Shown here: piece after piece, positions 1 to 13,505 of the stretch
How the letters are laid out: the number at the start of each line of letters is the position of its first letter
How positions within the stretch are numbered: the stretch's first letter is position 1
Assembly (NCBI RefSeq): GCF_006345805.1
Contig: NC_043006.1
Location: 44,950,001 to 45,014,000, forward strand
DNA length: 64,000 nucleotides
Direction of reading: 5' to 3'
From: Octopus sinensis
Lineage: Eukaryota
Notes under the pieces: generated by a model
What the model was told of the DNA's origin: nothing
What the model saw: the letters and a program-made list of their open reading frames with translations, nothing else
The model's database searches: none
Position numbers and translations under genes: made by a program

Positions 1-179
1 CCAGCTGGACGGGACGCCAGTCCATTGCAGCATTACTCATCTTTGCCAGCTGAGTGAACTGGAGCAACGTGAAATGAAGTGTTCTGCTCAAGAATACAAC
101 GCATCACTCGGTCCAGGAATCGAAACTACAATCTTATGATCATGATGCTGACACCCTAACCACTAAGCCACGCACCTCC
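1..179 (-). mobile_element. tRNA-derived SINE with V-domain-like motif, truncated by window edge
   Basis: Minus strand: ggaggtgcgtggcttagtggttagg (A box), gtttcgattcc (B box), then gcaatggactggcgtcccgtccag resembling the V-SINE central motif (recalled, not searched). Confidence 0.65.
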
Positions 180-265
180 GCTTATACAATGTTCATTAAA
201 TGATATCTATCGCTCATTTGGCGGAATAACTTGATCTTACCTTAACGGAACAGTGAACTATGCCT

Positions 266-317
<52 letters not shown>

Positions 318-697
318 GCGTGTGCGTGCGTGCGTGTATGTGTGTGCTAGAAAAAGAGGGGATTCAGGAAATCCAGACGAATATTTCAATTAGCGCACCA
401 TGCAAAATCCAAGCAGACAGGATGTTTAGTAAAGAAAAAAAACCCATCCAATAGATCCAAATTAATCCACTCAAACTGAAAAACTAGGAAATATTCATCA
501 GTCTCAGAATATGAAATAAAACAAACAAAGGAATAAAGATATAGATATCACATTTATTAATCAGTTAAGATCGTTTCAATAACTGGTGGAATTGTTACAT
601 CAATCAACTTGCTAGATTATACATGCACAAAGATTATGTAAGTCCGTATGATATTTAAAGACAGTCCCTACCACTCATGGTCTCACGACAGAAAATA

Positions 698-1263
698 TTG
701 GGTTGTCCGGAAAGTTCGTGCCGATTTTTAAGGGAAAGAAAATGGTCAATAAATACTTGCCATTACATTTTTAATCAACCAAATATGAACCATTTTGTTG
801 CACTATGCTTCTCCATCTTTCCTTTAACTTGAAAATACCCTCTTACCCGAATTGAGGTGGTTTCATGGCAAAGAATTCATCACGGTAACTTTTTACGTCA
901 TCCAAGGAATTGAAATTTTTACCATTAAAACTATTCTGCAGAGACCTGAATAAGTGGGAAACCGAAGGAGCAATATCTAGTGAATATGGAGGGTGGGGTA
1001 ACACATCTCAGCCGAGCTGCAGTAATTTTTGTCTGGTTCCCAAAGCATTAAGTGCCGAAAAAGAACTTTCTTACCTTCCATTTTAAAGGGTTACAGAATT
1101 AATACAGGTTATAGGAACATAAACCTTCCTCCACAAAAAGATAGCTTAAACTGTTCTCTAAATGGAGGTATAGTCAAATCCTATTTTATGGACACAACCA
1201 TGTTCTAAAATAAGTCGAAAGGTAAGCTACTATAAATCGGCACGAACTTTCCAGACAACCCAA
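698..1263 (-). mobile_element. Internally deleted mariner (566 bp)
   Basis: TIRs ttgggttgtccggaaagttcgtgccgattt / aaatcggcacgaactttccagacaacccaa with TA flanks (696-697, 1264-1265). Transposase C-terminal remnant LPHPPYSLDIAPS..HLFRSLQN..ERW on the minus strand. Confidence 0.9.
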
Positions 1264-1799
1264 TACTTTTGTACATAGATAGAGTTATTAATACTGTTAA
1301 TGGGAGCGGGGCTTTGAATATCTTAAGCGTTGCAGCAGCTAGGTTGGCTTATCTATAGAGGTGCATAAAATAAAAGAATTAAATAGACAGAAAGTTGCCT
1401 GAACCCCGATATAAGATTTATTGTGATGTCAAAGTCACAAGTGCAAACATATCAAAGAACGAAGTTTATAGTGAATCATCTGAGAAGTTTCTTTTTTCTA
1501 TACATACTTTGTGAGCTGTGTAACTATTGAGTTCACTGGAAGAAATGTTTAACTTAATTACACGGATCCCCCCAACAGCTGTCTCTTTCGATGCATAAAG
1601 AAATATATGGATTCCTAACTACTGGTTGTATGTTGTCACCTTAATTCGCATTACAAATACGTACTCTCTCTCTCTTTCCCTATCTATCTCACTCACACAC
1701 ACACACACACATAATGAATGCATGTATCTATGTTTTATTACTCAGCATGTATCTGTCTGAATATCAGCTCAGTGAAAAGAGATATATACCACACAAATG

Positions 1800-2458
1800 A
1801 AAGGAACCTCTGCTGAAAGTGTGGGAAGAGGGTCGAGAGTGTGACTCACATTTTAGTGCTTGTAAAAGTCTTGCACAGAAAGAGTACAAGCGCAGGCGCA
1901 ACAAGGTAGCGCAGAATCTTTACTGGCTACTATGCCGGAAGTATGGATACAAGGTAACAGGTGCTTGGTATCAACATGCACCGGAAAAGGAGAAGGTAAA
2001 ACTCCTCTAAGACTTTGACTTCCAGACAGACAAGGTGTTAGAGCACCGAAGGCCGGACATAGTGACCTTTAAGAGAGACAAACAAGGATGTCTAATAACT
2101 GACGTGGCAGTACCAGGAAATCTACATATTATCGTGAAAGAAAGAGAAAAGATCGATAAATATGAAGACCCGAGACTTGAGATCCTCAAGATGTGACAAC
2201 TACGAGAGTCAAATATGAAGGTTGTCCCTAATTTCATCGGAGCATTGGGTTCAATACTACACAATCTGATAAAACATCTGGAAACTTTAGAAATACCCTA
2301 CAATCTAGACGTATAGCAAAAATCGGCATTACTTGGAACTGGACGCATATTGCGTAAAGTACTGTCTGTCTGAGATCCTTATTGTGACTTGACAGACAGT
2401 ACAAACCTCCGGTAGACACGATGTCTTCAATCAACAACCTCACAATATTGTATACCGT
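1800..2458 (+). mobile_element. R4/Dong-clade LINE 3' fragment (RLE domain), degenerate
   Basis: Broken frames encode HILSAC..KEYKRR.NKVA, EHRRPDIVTF..LITDVAVP..KIDKYED; followed by (TAC)n(AAT)n. Confidence 0.8.
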
Positions 2459-2482
2459 GCGACGTCTATACTACTACTACTG

Positions 2483-2521
<39 letters not shown>

Positions 2522-2560
2522 ATAATAATATAATAATAATAATTAATAATAATAATAAAC

Positions 2561-2594
<34 letters not shown>

Positions 2595-2604
2595 TAATAA
2601 TAAC

Positions 2605-3931
2605 AACAAGATAATAGGTATCAACACTTTAGCTGTCCCAGTTATAAGTTACAGCTACAATATCCTTAACTGGACACGAAATGAACTGACCAAAATAGAT
2701 AGGAAAACAAGAAAAATAATGACAGGATCTAGGATGCATCACCCAAAATCTGACATAGAAAGACTATATATACAACGTATAGAAGGTGGTAGAGGCCTTA
2801 TACAGCTGGAAAACTACTATAAAATAACCACCATAGGACTGCAAAAATATCTACCTCAGAAGGAAGGAAAACTGATCCAGATAGCGGCAAAACACGAGCA
2901 AAACAAAAAACTGTTCTCAGTATTTAAGGAAGCTGACAAATACAAACAAGAAATCATACCACCTAATAAACATGAAGAAGAAGAAGAAGATGAAGAAACA
3001 ACAAAAGCTATAAAACAAATGAAATCCAAACTAAAAGTAGAACAGCAACGAACCATGATAAAACGATGGCAAGAAAAGCCCCTTCATGGTAAATACTGGA
3101 CTAAACGAAATGCAAAAGAAATAGACAAAGAGAAATCCCAGCAATGGTTGAGAAGCTCAGGACTCAAAGCAGAAGCAGAGGGATTTTTAATTGTAGCACA
3201 AGACCAAAGCCTCCCCACCAGAAATTACCAAAAACATGTAATGAAAAGAAATATTACAAGTAACTGCAGAATATGTGGAGATGGACAAGAAACAATAAAT
3301 CATATTATCTCTAGCTGCCCAGTCCTGGCTAAGAAGGAATATATTCACAGACATGACAGAGTTGGAACTTAGATACATTGGAAGCTATGCCAACATTATG
3401 GAATAACAACAGAAAAAAGATGGTATAGGCACACACCAGAAAAGGTCACAGAAAACGAGAAAGCAACCATACTCTGGGATATGCCAATACACACAGATAG
3501 AGAAATTAAGGCCAACAGACCAGATATAGTTGTCAGAGATCATGAAGAAAAAAATGCTTTCTAATTGATGTATCAATACCGGCAGATGACAACGTGTCTC
3601 TAAAAGAAATGGAGAAACTCTCAAAATACAAAGACCTGGAAATAGAGGTAACTAGAATGTGGAATCTGAAAACAGAAACAATTCCTATCATAGTAGGTGC
3701 ATTAGGCATGATAAAAAAATATTCAGACAAATACATAACAAAAAAACACAGGACTTACAAACACATATAACATACAGAAAATTGCACTACTAGGCACTGC
3801 ACACATCCTACGCAGAACAGTTTCCATACAATAACCATAAGAGCATCACAACAAATCACAGCACATACCCAAGGCACACAGAGCTGCGCTCGGTAGTGAA
3901 GTGAAAGCACGCTATAAAAATAAAACTACTG
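2605..3931 (+). mobile_element. 5'-truncated R4/Dong LINE (post-RT region, CCHC knuckle, restriction-like endonuclease)
   Basis: ORF 2719-3372 has CRICGDGQETINHIISSC, a premature stop, then ILWDMPIHTD..RPDIVV..LIDV..KLSKYKDLE. Flanked by (AAT)n on both sides. Confidence 0.92.
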
Positions 3932-3999
3932 AATAATAATAATAATAATAAACAATAATAATAATAATGATAATAATAATAAACAATAATAATAATATG

Positions 4000-4048
<49 letters not shown>

Positions 4049-4058
4049 TAATAATAAA

Positions 4059-4595
4059 GACAGTGACTCTCGTGGCTTCTGATCTTAACTGACTGGAAGT
4101 GTTATCATGTACATTGTTTTGTCTTGGTATAAAAGATGGGCTACAGCAAATATTCTGCTCAATACCACAGATTTGTTTGTCAGTTGCTTGACCTTAACTA
4201 GTTGACCATGTCCCTTAGTAGCTGACGATATGTGAATCTCTGATCACGAGCAGAAGTAGTTGGGGAGCATCATAGCCATGTGTTGAGAGGGAGTCTTTGA
4301 AGTTTGAATAATTCACCTCGGGAAACATGGGTGTTTATTTCAACATCCTTAAACGAACCTTATTCAGGGACCGTTTGAGCGGGATGGGCTACTCGATCTG
4401 AGGAAAATTCTAAATGGGCCCCACCTGCAAGGTCATGTGTTGTTTATCTTGATATGAGATCACTATGTCTCGCATATATGGTTGTGATGCATGTGCTTGC
4501 GGTACATTAATAAGACGGGTAGTCATGATGAGTATACTGGGCTTCGTATATTTTACCCCAGTGTCACTTTGATGGCATGCACTGCTCTCTCACTC
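4059..4595 (+). mobile_element. Unclassified (AAT)n-embedded retroposon ('family D'), copy 1, slightly 5'-truncated
   Basis: High similarity to 13822-14378, 34181-34666 and 35727-36169; sits between AAT tracts. Confidence 0.85.
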
Positions 4596-4649
4596 TGCAA
4601 TAATAATGATGATGATGATAGTAATAAAGTCTTGAAAGATCAAAACAAT

Positions 4650-4925
4650 AAAGTCTGTCAATGCTAATAAACCAAATATTGTTGTAAAAAGATCAAAACA
4701 ATAAAGTCTGTTTATTGATTGATATGAGCATACCCTGTGACCATAATATCCTGGCAAAAGAATTTGATAAGCTCAGAAAATATAAAGATTTGCTGATTGC
4801 ATTGGAAAACATGTGACATCTCAAGACGATTACAATATCAGTGATTGTAGGAGCACTCGGAATAATATAAAATATGGAGCTGAAAATTATTTGAGAATGA
4901 TCCCTGGCTTACCATCCAAGCATGT
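4650..4925 (+). mobile_element. R4/Dong RLE fragment
   Basis: Translates NKPNIVVKDQNNKVCLLIDMSIPCDHNILAKEFDKLRKYKDLL; same subfamily as 33519-33905. Confidence 0.8.
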
Positions 4926-5118
4926 CTTTCTCGTTTCCCCCCCATTTCATGACTTGTTTGCATCTCTGGCATGGCTAGAATCACCAGGAAAGTATTAGAT
5001 AGTTGAAAAGAACGGACAGCATAAGACTGTAGCAGGCCTTCAATGTATGCAAGACCTCAGGAATTCCAACAAAGCCTGAATTAAAAAGAATAACAAATAA
5101 TAACAATATGTTACTTAC

Positions 5119-5359
5119 TCAAAGAACTCTGTTGTCGAAGACACCGAGGTGTTGGGATTATAGGTGACATTCTCTGGTGGGGCGGTATCATTGAACCAGT
5201 CCAGTTGCCAGCAATCTTTTGTATTCCATTCATTGTTGCATGTCATCCATGGTAACGACGCAGTGAATGAATTAAACAAGTAGAAAAAACTCCACCCAAT
5301 AACAATATTGTAATAAAACGCTACTATGTACGACATGAAGCATGAAGCATAACCAACAC
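5119..5359 (-). CDS. SLC6 monoamine transporter, coding exon: TM3 + EL2
   Basis: Acceptor ttttttcag|GT, donor TTTGA|gtaagt; 241 nt. Encodes GVGYASCFMSYIVAFYYNIVIGWSFFYLFNSFTASLPWMTCNNEWNTKDC...STTEFFE, with the EL2 C-x8-C pair and NDT/NVT/NTS sequons. No downstream exon found in the window. Confidence 0.95.
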
Positions 5360-5594
5360 CTGAAAAAAACAAAAAAAAACACAAAAAAGCGTGCGATATT
5401 TTTTGCTCTAATAAATGCAACATTATTTTTGTTGTAAAGAATTCTTTATAATAACGATTTGTTTGTAAAGTCAAATTTTAATATAAATATCCTTTTGTAA
5501 AAGAAAATTTAGAACAGTGACAGGTAAATCTCGTCTGATGAAAGAAATGCCGACCTGTGTCGGAGAGAGCCTATAAAATCAAACAAAATGATAT

Positions 5595-5805
5595 TCTTTT
5601 CTACTCTAGGCACAAGGCCTGAAATTTTGAGGGAGGGACCAGTCGATTAGATGGACCCAAGTACGCAGCTGGTACTTAATTTGTCGATCCCGAAAGGCAA
5701 AGTCGACCTCGGTGGAATTCGAACTCAGAACGTAAAGACAGACGAAATGCCGTTAAGCATTTCGCCCGACGTGCTAACGTTTCTGCCAGCTCGCCGCCTT
5801 CAAGC
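5595..5805 (-). mobile_element. tRNA-derived SINE 'family A', monomer
   Basis: Head ggcggcgagctggcagaaacgttagcacg, B box gagttcgaattcc, 3' end caaaatttcaggccttgtgcctagagtagaaaag. Many other copies occur in the window. Confidence 0.85.
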
Positions 5806-6489
5806 AAAATGATATTAATATCTGTACTCCAAGCTATTAATTGGCAGAATCGAACGAAAATACCTTGCATTATTTGCTCCACCTAAGGCAGCGAGCTGGC
5901 AGAACTGTTAGCACGCTGGGTTACAATGAATGAAAATCCTTAAACATGAATAATTTCAAGTTTTCAATTTCAGTATGTTACTCACTTCACTGGAAAAGAC
6001 ATAGGAGTAATATCTATCGGCAAGTGTTGATATAGCACTGTGGTGAAGGAGTTTGCTCCATCTAAGGGATTTCTATTCGATCGTCTGTGCAGTACCTTGG
6101 ATAAACGAATGCATTTTGAATGAAATGTGGCAGATATATGAGAAGGAGCCCTTTGGAAAACTCGTTCATATTCTTGAGTGGTAAACATATTCTATTACTC
6201 GGTTTAATACCAACACCTGGCTCTTGAGTGTTTTCGACGAGGTCCGCTCTGTTGACCAATTGTAGTTTCATAATTTATGCATATGGGGGGGGGGCTACAC
6301 TTGATATGTTTCGATATTATTAGACCACTTAAGGAAAGCATATATTTTTCTGTACATGTCCAAGTTACGAGAGGATAAAAAACAAATTTACAAAACCATA
6401 CATTATTAAACGTGAAAAATTATGATTTGCAAAAATAGATTGTTGAGGTTAATTACTCAGAGATGATTGACAAAATGACTGGAATAATA

Positions 6490-7756
6490 TTAGGTTGTCA
6501 AGAAAGTTCTTGCGTTTTTTAACCTTTAAATTCAGATGAATATATCTCAGCTCAAACAAAACTTTATTAATCGAAATAAACACCATGAGAATCAACACAC
6601 TTTTGTCAACGCGAAACAAGTTTATTTATACCAGTAGCATAAATATCCTGCGTTCTGGTGGCGATGAAGTCGTGTTTGGCATCGTCTTGGTTTTTGAAGC
6701 ATTTCTCACGCAGGAAGTTGTCGAGATGCTTGAAAATGTGGTAGTCGGTAGGCGAGAGGTCTGGTGAGTATGGCAGATGAGACAGAGTTTCGTAGCCCAA
6801 TTCGTTTAACTTCTGCAGGGTCAGTTGTGCGACGTGCGGCCGAGCGTTGTCGTGGAGAAGAATTGGTCCTTTTCTATTGACCAATGCTGGCTGTTGTCGG
6901 AGCTTCTTATGCATTTCATCCATTTGCTGACAGTACTTCGCCGTAATGGTTTCACCTGGATCCAAAAGGCTGTAATGGATGAGACCGGCCGCAAACCACC
7001 ACACAGTCACCATGACCTTCTTTTGGTGTAACTTTGGCTTCGGGAAGTACCGTGGTGCTTCGTCGGCGTCCAACCATTGAGCTGAGCGACGCCAGTTGTA
7101 AAGAATCCACTTTTCATCGCAAATCACAATCCGGCCGAGAAACGGGTCGTTCTTGTTGCGTGAAAGAAGGGAAGACGACACTTCAAAACGGCGTTTTTTT
7201 GGTTGTCGTTCAATTCGTGCGGCACCTATTTCTCAAGTATTTTTGTTTTTCCAATCTCTTTCAAGTGGTTGGGAATTGTCGTATACGTTACGTCTAATTC
7301 AGAAGCAAGCTCTCGAACAGTTGTACGTGGATTGGCTTCCACTATGGCTCTTAGTTGATCGTTGTCAACATCCGATGGCCGACCACTTCGCTTATCATCT
7401 TCAAGACTCTCGTCACCGCTACGAAATTTCTTGAACCACCATTTTGCTGTACGTTCATTAGTTTTTCCTGGGCCAAATGCATTATTGATATCGCGAGCTG
7501 TTTCAGCAGATTTTCGGCCTAGTTTGAACTGGAATAAGAAAATTGTGCGAATTTGCTTTTTGTCTATGTTGTATTCAACATTCCGGAAAAAATGGCCTAA
7601 TAATTGAAAAAGAAAAAGAGTAACACGATTAGATAGCACGAAAGACGGGCTTTAAAATGAAATATAAAGTCAAACTGATTTAACGAAAATTAATTTGAAA
7701 ATACATCATTTAAAACCAAAATTTAAAATTCCGCAAGAACTTTTTTGACAACATAA
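6490..7756 (-). mobile_element. Full-length mariner, Hsmar1/cecropia-like, transposase frameshifted
   Basis: TIRs ttaggttgtcaagaaagttcttgcg / cgcaagaacttttttgacaacataa with TA flanks. DKKQIRTIFLFQFKLGRK..GDESLED..GRP; CDEKW, HDNARPH, YSPDLSPTDY (DD34D). Confidence 0.95.
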
Positions 7757-8230
7757 TATTAGCCATTGATTTAATGCTTTTCCTCACCGCACAATTAATT
7801 CTAATTATATTTCTACTTATTAAGAAGTCAGAGTGATAACATACTTCTGGTGTCTATATTAAAAAGCATTAAACGATTCTGACGATTTTGTATGTTTGTA
7901 GATGATAATAACGATGATAATATTAATAATAATAAAAGTAATAATAATAATATATATACATGCTGACTGAAGGGGTAAAGATGGTGGTTATGATAGGTGA
8001 TAACATATCTTGAACTCTACCTCCTGTGGACAGACCGTATGCGTTTACGAGTTTCTATTCCCACGGCTGGTTATGTATAATATATACACAAATCTTCTAA
8101 ATGCTTATTTTGGATTGTTGTATTCAAGCAAAATATTTAATCGCGCACCATACAAAACACTAAAAAGTGTGCGCTAAAAAGAAATTGTTCAAAGAATAAA
8201 ATTTTATCCCAGTGGTAGCCAACCTTTTCA

Positions 8231-8292
8231 CAGTGGTTCCCAACCCTTATATTAAAATGAGTTTTCCCACGGACCCCTTTTAATATGCTTAT

Positions 8293-8362
<70 letters not shown>

Positions 8363-8848
8363 GAGCAAAATGCCTCACTTCCAATAGACGGTTCTGAGTT
8401 GTCAAACATTTAAACCAAATTTTCTCAAAACAACTTGTCCGACCGTCCCATAGGCCTCCCCTTTGAGAAACACCGATTTAACCTAAATTTGAGACACCAA
8501 ACAGGCCGGCTTTTTTGCGCAAACTGCACGTGCATTTTTCTCGCGTACGAGTAGTATTGATCGCAACAGCTGATGTACTTGCGCGTACAAATGCACGCCC
8601 CAAGGCTTTATTGATCGCATTCTCACCTGGAATCGACTTTTGTAATTTTTTTCAAGACTTATTCACGCCTTGATACCATCGGTATCTACAAATCAAATTT
8701 GAGCGCAATCGGATGGAGGATGCCCGAGATCCTAGAAGACACACACACACACAGAACGGATTTTATGTAATAGATATAGATAAAATTTTGAATTTAGTTC
8801 ACGGACCCCCCCGTACTACCTTTGCGGAACCTAGGTTGGGAACCACTG
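8231..8848. mobile_element. hAT-type MITE with a nested Helitron-like insert and (TA)n
   Basis: TIRs cagtggttcccaacc / ggttgggaaccactg; no clean TSD. Internal ~8400-8780 ends in a Helitron-like 5' end on the minus strand. Confidence 0.6.
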
Positions 8849-9711
8849 CTTTATGTTTTTTTAAAAAGTACATTTGAACTATTTACGCTTTCTCATCAAA
8901 TCAAGAAAACCATCCATCTAATCACTGATTTCAAAGTGAAGGAAAATAGAATTTACGACGTTCATGAGTTTCTCGTGAGAATTAGTAGAATATGTAACGA
9001 TAGTTGCAGATTTAACATCAGGGCAAATGATAGAGCTGTTTGGATATGGACGAGACTGCGACCCAAGACTAACAAGAAAAATGTTTAGAAATAGACAGAG
9101 ATCAAATGTTGAAAAGTCATTCGTTCGTCCCATGACTCAACCAATAAGTCCTCAAACCTATAGTGACATATTTAGTGAGTTCTAACAGTACGTTGACAGG
9201 ATGCGATTTGAACGAGATTTTTCTTTGCAACATTCTTTTGTACAACTACAGAGAAAGCTTCTGATCTAAATCAGAGGAGTTAGAAGTTAGTTTTGTTTTC
9301 ATATTGTAAAGAGCTTGTGCAGAAAATATTTTTATATTTCTAAGAACAATCTGCAGGAGTAGTTAACTCAGTAAGTTATTGGATTATTGATAGAGCAGCC
9401 GGTTCACATTATCCACGTCAAAGTGGCATATGGTGCAAATCTCTCCAGACGGGGAAACTTACGTTTATTCAATAAATCTATCATATGATGACTACTTCAT
9501 TATTAATACCATTCAAAACCAGAACAGCTAAAAACCATTCTAACTGAATTTGTCGTTTATATTTTTACCTTCCAAATGAATCAAAAATACAAAACTAAAA
9601 CTTTTTTAATACCTATTATTTATTGCCAAGGGACCTTCCTAAAATGATTTTCAGCGCTCAAATATTCAGACAGTTTTTTGTTTTCTGTTACACAACAGAC
9701 CACTTTTGCAG

Positions 9712-10093
9712 TGGAGGCGCAATGGCCCAGTGGTTAGGGCAGCGGACTCGCGGTCATAGGATCGCGGTTTCGATTCCCAGACCGGGCGTTGTGAGTGTTT
9801 ATTGAGCGAAAACACCTAAAGCTCCACGAGGCTCCGGCAGGGGATGGTGGTGATCCCTGCTGTACTCTTTCACCACAACTTTCTCTCACTCTTCCTGTTT
9901 CTGTTGTACCTGTATTTCAAAGGGCTGGCCTTGTCACTCTCTGTGTCATGCTGAATATCCCCGAGAACTACGTTAAGGGTACACGTGTCTGTGGAGTGCT
10001 CAGCCACTTACACGTTAATTTCACGAGCAGGCTGTTCCGTTGATTCGGATCAACCGGAACCCTCGTCGTCGTAACCGACGGAGTGCTTCCATC
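9712..10093 (+). mobile_element. tRNA-derived SINE 'family B', full length with 16-bp TSD
   Basis: Head ggaggcgcaatggcccagtggttaggg..ggtttcgattccc; perfect TSD cagaccacttttgcag at 9696-9711 and 10094-10109. Confidence 0.92.
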
Positions 10094-10812
10094 CAGACCA
10101 CTTTTGCAGGCGTAAGAAGTGAAGGGATTGCTTCGTCGTATCACGTTTTCGAGAACAAATCATCCCAGAAATGTGTCTTAATAACAAAGCCACGAGAATT
10201 GATAGATACAAATAAGAGGTCTTTCAGTATGAGACACATATGTATTTTAGCTTGTATCGGGGATATGAGTTGTAAAAGCCAGATATATTCATGGTAATGC
10301 AGGAAATTTGTATATCCAAAGTGTACAAGGCATATATTTGGTATATATGGTATATCTAGGGTAACTGATGTATCTAGTACTTTTGAGGTAATGGGATATA
10401 TCTGATGTGTCGTGTGCATGCATACTTAGTGTATCGGTAATATCTAATACTGAGCAAAGCCAAACATATGAAAGGAAATCCCCACTTAACACTTACTGGG
10501 CTCTTAAGAAATAGCCCTCAGCAATGACTAAAGCTTTTGCTTTATGTGGTGTGTCGAGAAAAAGCTAGTCACGTAGAGCGTATTGCTATGGTAACTAATA
10601 GGACCTGGTATCACATATTTGCTTAAAAGGAGCGAGCATTTTCCGAATTACAAGAATCAAATATTCAGCTTCAATTTTCCTAACTTCAAGCGGTTAAGAC
10701 ACGCATTTTTCTATAGATAAGGGTCCTAATCTGACGTACGTAAACCGATTCAGATTGTGTAACAGATTGACCTCGATACTGCAAACCAAGGAAATATTTA
10801 AAAATTACAATG

Positions 10813-11022
10813 TATGTAGGGGTGCTGAAAAGTAACCAGCTTTAAGAGTATCGCGAAAGACCTGATTGGAGACCCAACCTTCCGAGTTCTTTTACAGCGC
10901 TTAGAAAAATTGAAGGGCCGCTGCAATAAATGTGAATCTGAGAGGGGAGTATGTTGAATAAAATCATAATCAAGTGATCGTCCAGTATTTTCTTTTACCC
11001 AGGAACTTTTCAACACCCTTTG
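10813..11022. mobile_element. Mariner-derived MITE (~210 bp); second copy at ~11866-12085
   Basis: Ends ggggtgctgaaaagt / actttcaacaccc; the two copies align along their length. Confidence 0.75.
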
Positions 11023-12119
11023 TATTGCAATTTCACACAAAAGTGAGTTATATTCTATATGATATTTATGCTTGAATACATGGGTTAAGCCGTTGAGAGC
11101 TAATGTATTGAGCATGGACCTAGCATAGTGACAAGAACAGAATATGAAACTCATTGAATTTGTTTCCAGTGTTGTATTGATTGCCTTCTACAGTTTTAGG
11201 TGAACTGTGTATGAAAAAAGAAGTGAGTCGAAAAGGAATAGTAAATAGAAACTCGATCCTTGAAGTAGAGTTAACTTATTACCAAGATACAGTTTACGCT
11301 TTTAGTTATATTCTTATAATTGATTCAGTCATTTGACTGCGGCCATGCTGAGACACCACCTTGAAGGGTTTTAATCGAGAAAATCGACCCCAGGACATTT
11401 TTTTAAAGCCTGGTACTTATTCTGTTGGTCTCTCTTTGTCGAACCGCTAAGTTACGTAAACACACCAACACCGGTTGTCAGTCGGTAGGGGAAGGAGAAA
11501 CACACATAAAGATACACACGCACGCACGCGCGCGCGCACGCACACACACACACACGTACGAAGGGCTTCTTTTAGTTTTCGCCTACCAAATCCACGTACA
11601 ACTTTCTCTCACTCTTTCTTCTTGCATCTTGTAGCTCACCTGTAACGGATCGGTGTTCCGTCCAGGTGGAGAACCTATACGCCAAGGAAACCGGGAAACC
11701 GGCCCTTATGAGCCAAGCATGGCTCGAGAAGGAACAGACAATATTTATTATGTAGACTAATGCCATTTCTCTCTCGCTAAATATTTAACAGTAAGTCTCA
11801 CTGACTAACTGCTATATTTAGCGAGAATTTTCAGAGTGTATGCCTCATTTAAGTGTGTTATGGCCAACGAGGGGGTGCTGAAAAGTTTCCAGTTTTAAGG
11901 GTATTTTGAAAGGCCTGGTTGGAGGCCCAACCTTCCGAGTTCCTTTACAGCGCTTAGAAAAGCTGAAGAACCGTTGCAATAAGTGTGTGAATCTGAGATG
12001 GGAATATGTTCAATAAAAACATGATTAACTGATCCTCCAGTATTTTCTTTTATTCAAAGCCAGAAGCATTTCAGTACCTCCTTGTATGTATAAGACCAAT
12101 TTTAAATACTTGTATGGGT

Positions 12120-12430
12120 AAAGACCCCCTTCGATCATGATGAACAATGTTATTGCAACAAGAAATTTCCCCTCCGAGGCACAAGTCCGAGGCACAAGTC
12201 ACTCATGCATACCAGCCTCCCATTTCCACGCCGCCTATGTTATACAAGGGAAAGGCAAAGGCCGATACGGCTTGGCACCAGTGACGTCACAGTTCATTTC
12301 TACATTTGAGTGAACTGGAGCAAAGTGAAATAAAGTGTCTTTCAAGATCATAGCACATGGCCCGGTCTGGGAATCGAACTCAATACTTCATTTTTGTGAG
12401 TCCGATGTTCCAACCACTGAGCCATGCGCC
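12120..12430 (-). mobile_element. tRNA-derived SINE related to the copy at 1-179
   Basis: Minus strand ggcgcatggctcagtggttgg..gagttcgattccc; shared catttcac(g/t)ttgctccagttcactca-like core. Confidence 0.7.
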
Positions 12431-13015
12431 TGAATTTTCAGGTGGTGTTTATTATCTTAAGAAAATATAAACAATACCTGTGTATTTCGCTCGGTTGTTC
12501 ACGTGATTTCAATTTATTCATTCCCGGTCCTGCTGTTCTCTTTCTGCCAGGGCATTGTATACATTCATTTATAGCGACATATTTCACACGGTCCTCTCTG
12601 GTCTGTTGTTATTTATTCTCTTCTTCCTGGTTACCTTCACAACTTCGTCCTGTGTTTTGTTCATTTTGGCTTTACGAGCTAATTTTTAGTTTAATTTTGT
12701 AAGTTGTTATCATTCTGTGTTGACACCAAAATTTGGGGGCATTGAAGCGAATGTGCAATTCTGCTATATTTCTTTACTTGTTCCAGTCATTTGAATGTGG
12801 CCATGCTGGGGTACCGTATTAAATGGTTTTACTCGAACAAATCGGCCCCAGGACTTATTTCTTTTAACGCGAAACAAGTTCATTTATGCCAGTAGCGTAA
12901 AAATCCTGCGTATTACATCGACCCTAGTGGTGGGGAACAAATAGACAGACACACATAGTATGATCCGTGGGATTACAATCGGGGGAGTTAGGAGTCCAGA
13001 ATTGAGGCAGAAATA

Positions 13016-13237
13016 AGGCGGCGAGCTGGCAGAAACGTTAGCACGCCGGGGGTTACGTCTGCCGTTACGTTCTGAGTTCAAATTCCGCCGAGGTCGACTT
13101 TGCCTTTCACCCTTTCAGGGTCGATAAATTAAGTACCAGTTACGCACTGGGGTCGATGTAATCGACTTAATCCGTTTGTCTGTCCTTGTTTGTCCTCTCT
13201 GTGTTTAGCCCCTTGTGGGCAATAACGAAATAAGAAA
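13016..13237 (+). mobile_element. SINE family A, head + one internal unit
   Basis: ggcggcgagctggcag head; ends gggcaataacgaaataag. Confidence 0.85.
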
Positions 13238-13505
13238 TTGGGGCTGATGAAACACTAGAAATTCTCCACAAACACTTCTGACTCTTTCCGTTGGAATCAA
13301 CGTAGGCTTAAATAAAAAAAACCGTGATAGGTGAACCGCGATCTGGCGAGGGATTACTGTATCATTTATCATATATGTATATTCATACATTAAAAATATC
13401 ACATGTATTATTTATATATAACAGTCTGTTTATATTCGCTCGTGTGTGTAAAGTTAATGAACTAATACCTTCTAAGCGGAATCTGAAAGAAGCAGTGATA
13501 CGTAC

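Noticed and set aside
5533-5570. CTGATGA followed by hairpin ccgac-ctgt-gtcgg (also CTGATGA at ~13244)
   Set aside because: No correctly placed GAAA, stem III or cleavage triplet.
5982-6271. Short minus ORFs ending at a strong donor-like GAA|gtgagt near 5986
   Set aside because: The frame needed to join the TM3 exon contains TGA; no recognisable homology.
9712-9790. tRNA-like sequences (also ~31145, ~32040, ~63400, ~100-179)
   Set aside because: SINE heads continuing into SINE bodies; no complete cloverleaf or acceptor stem.
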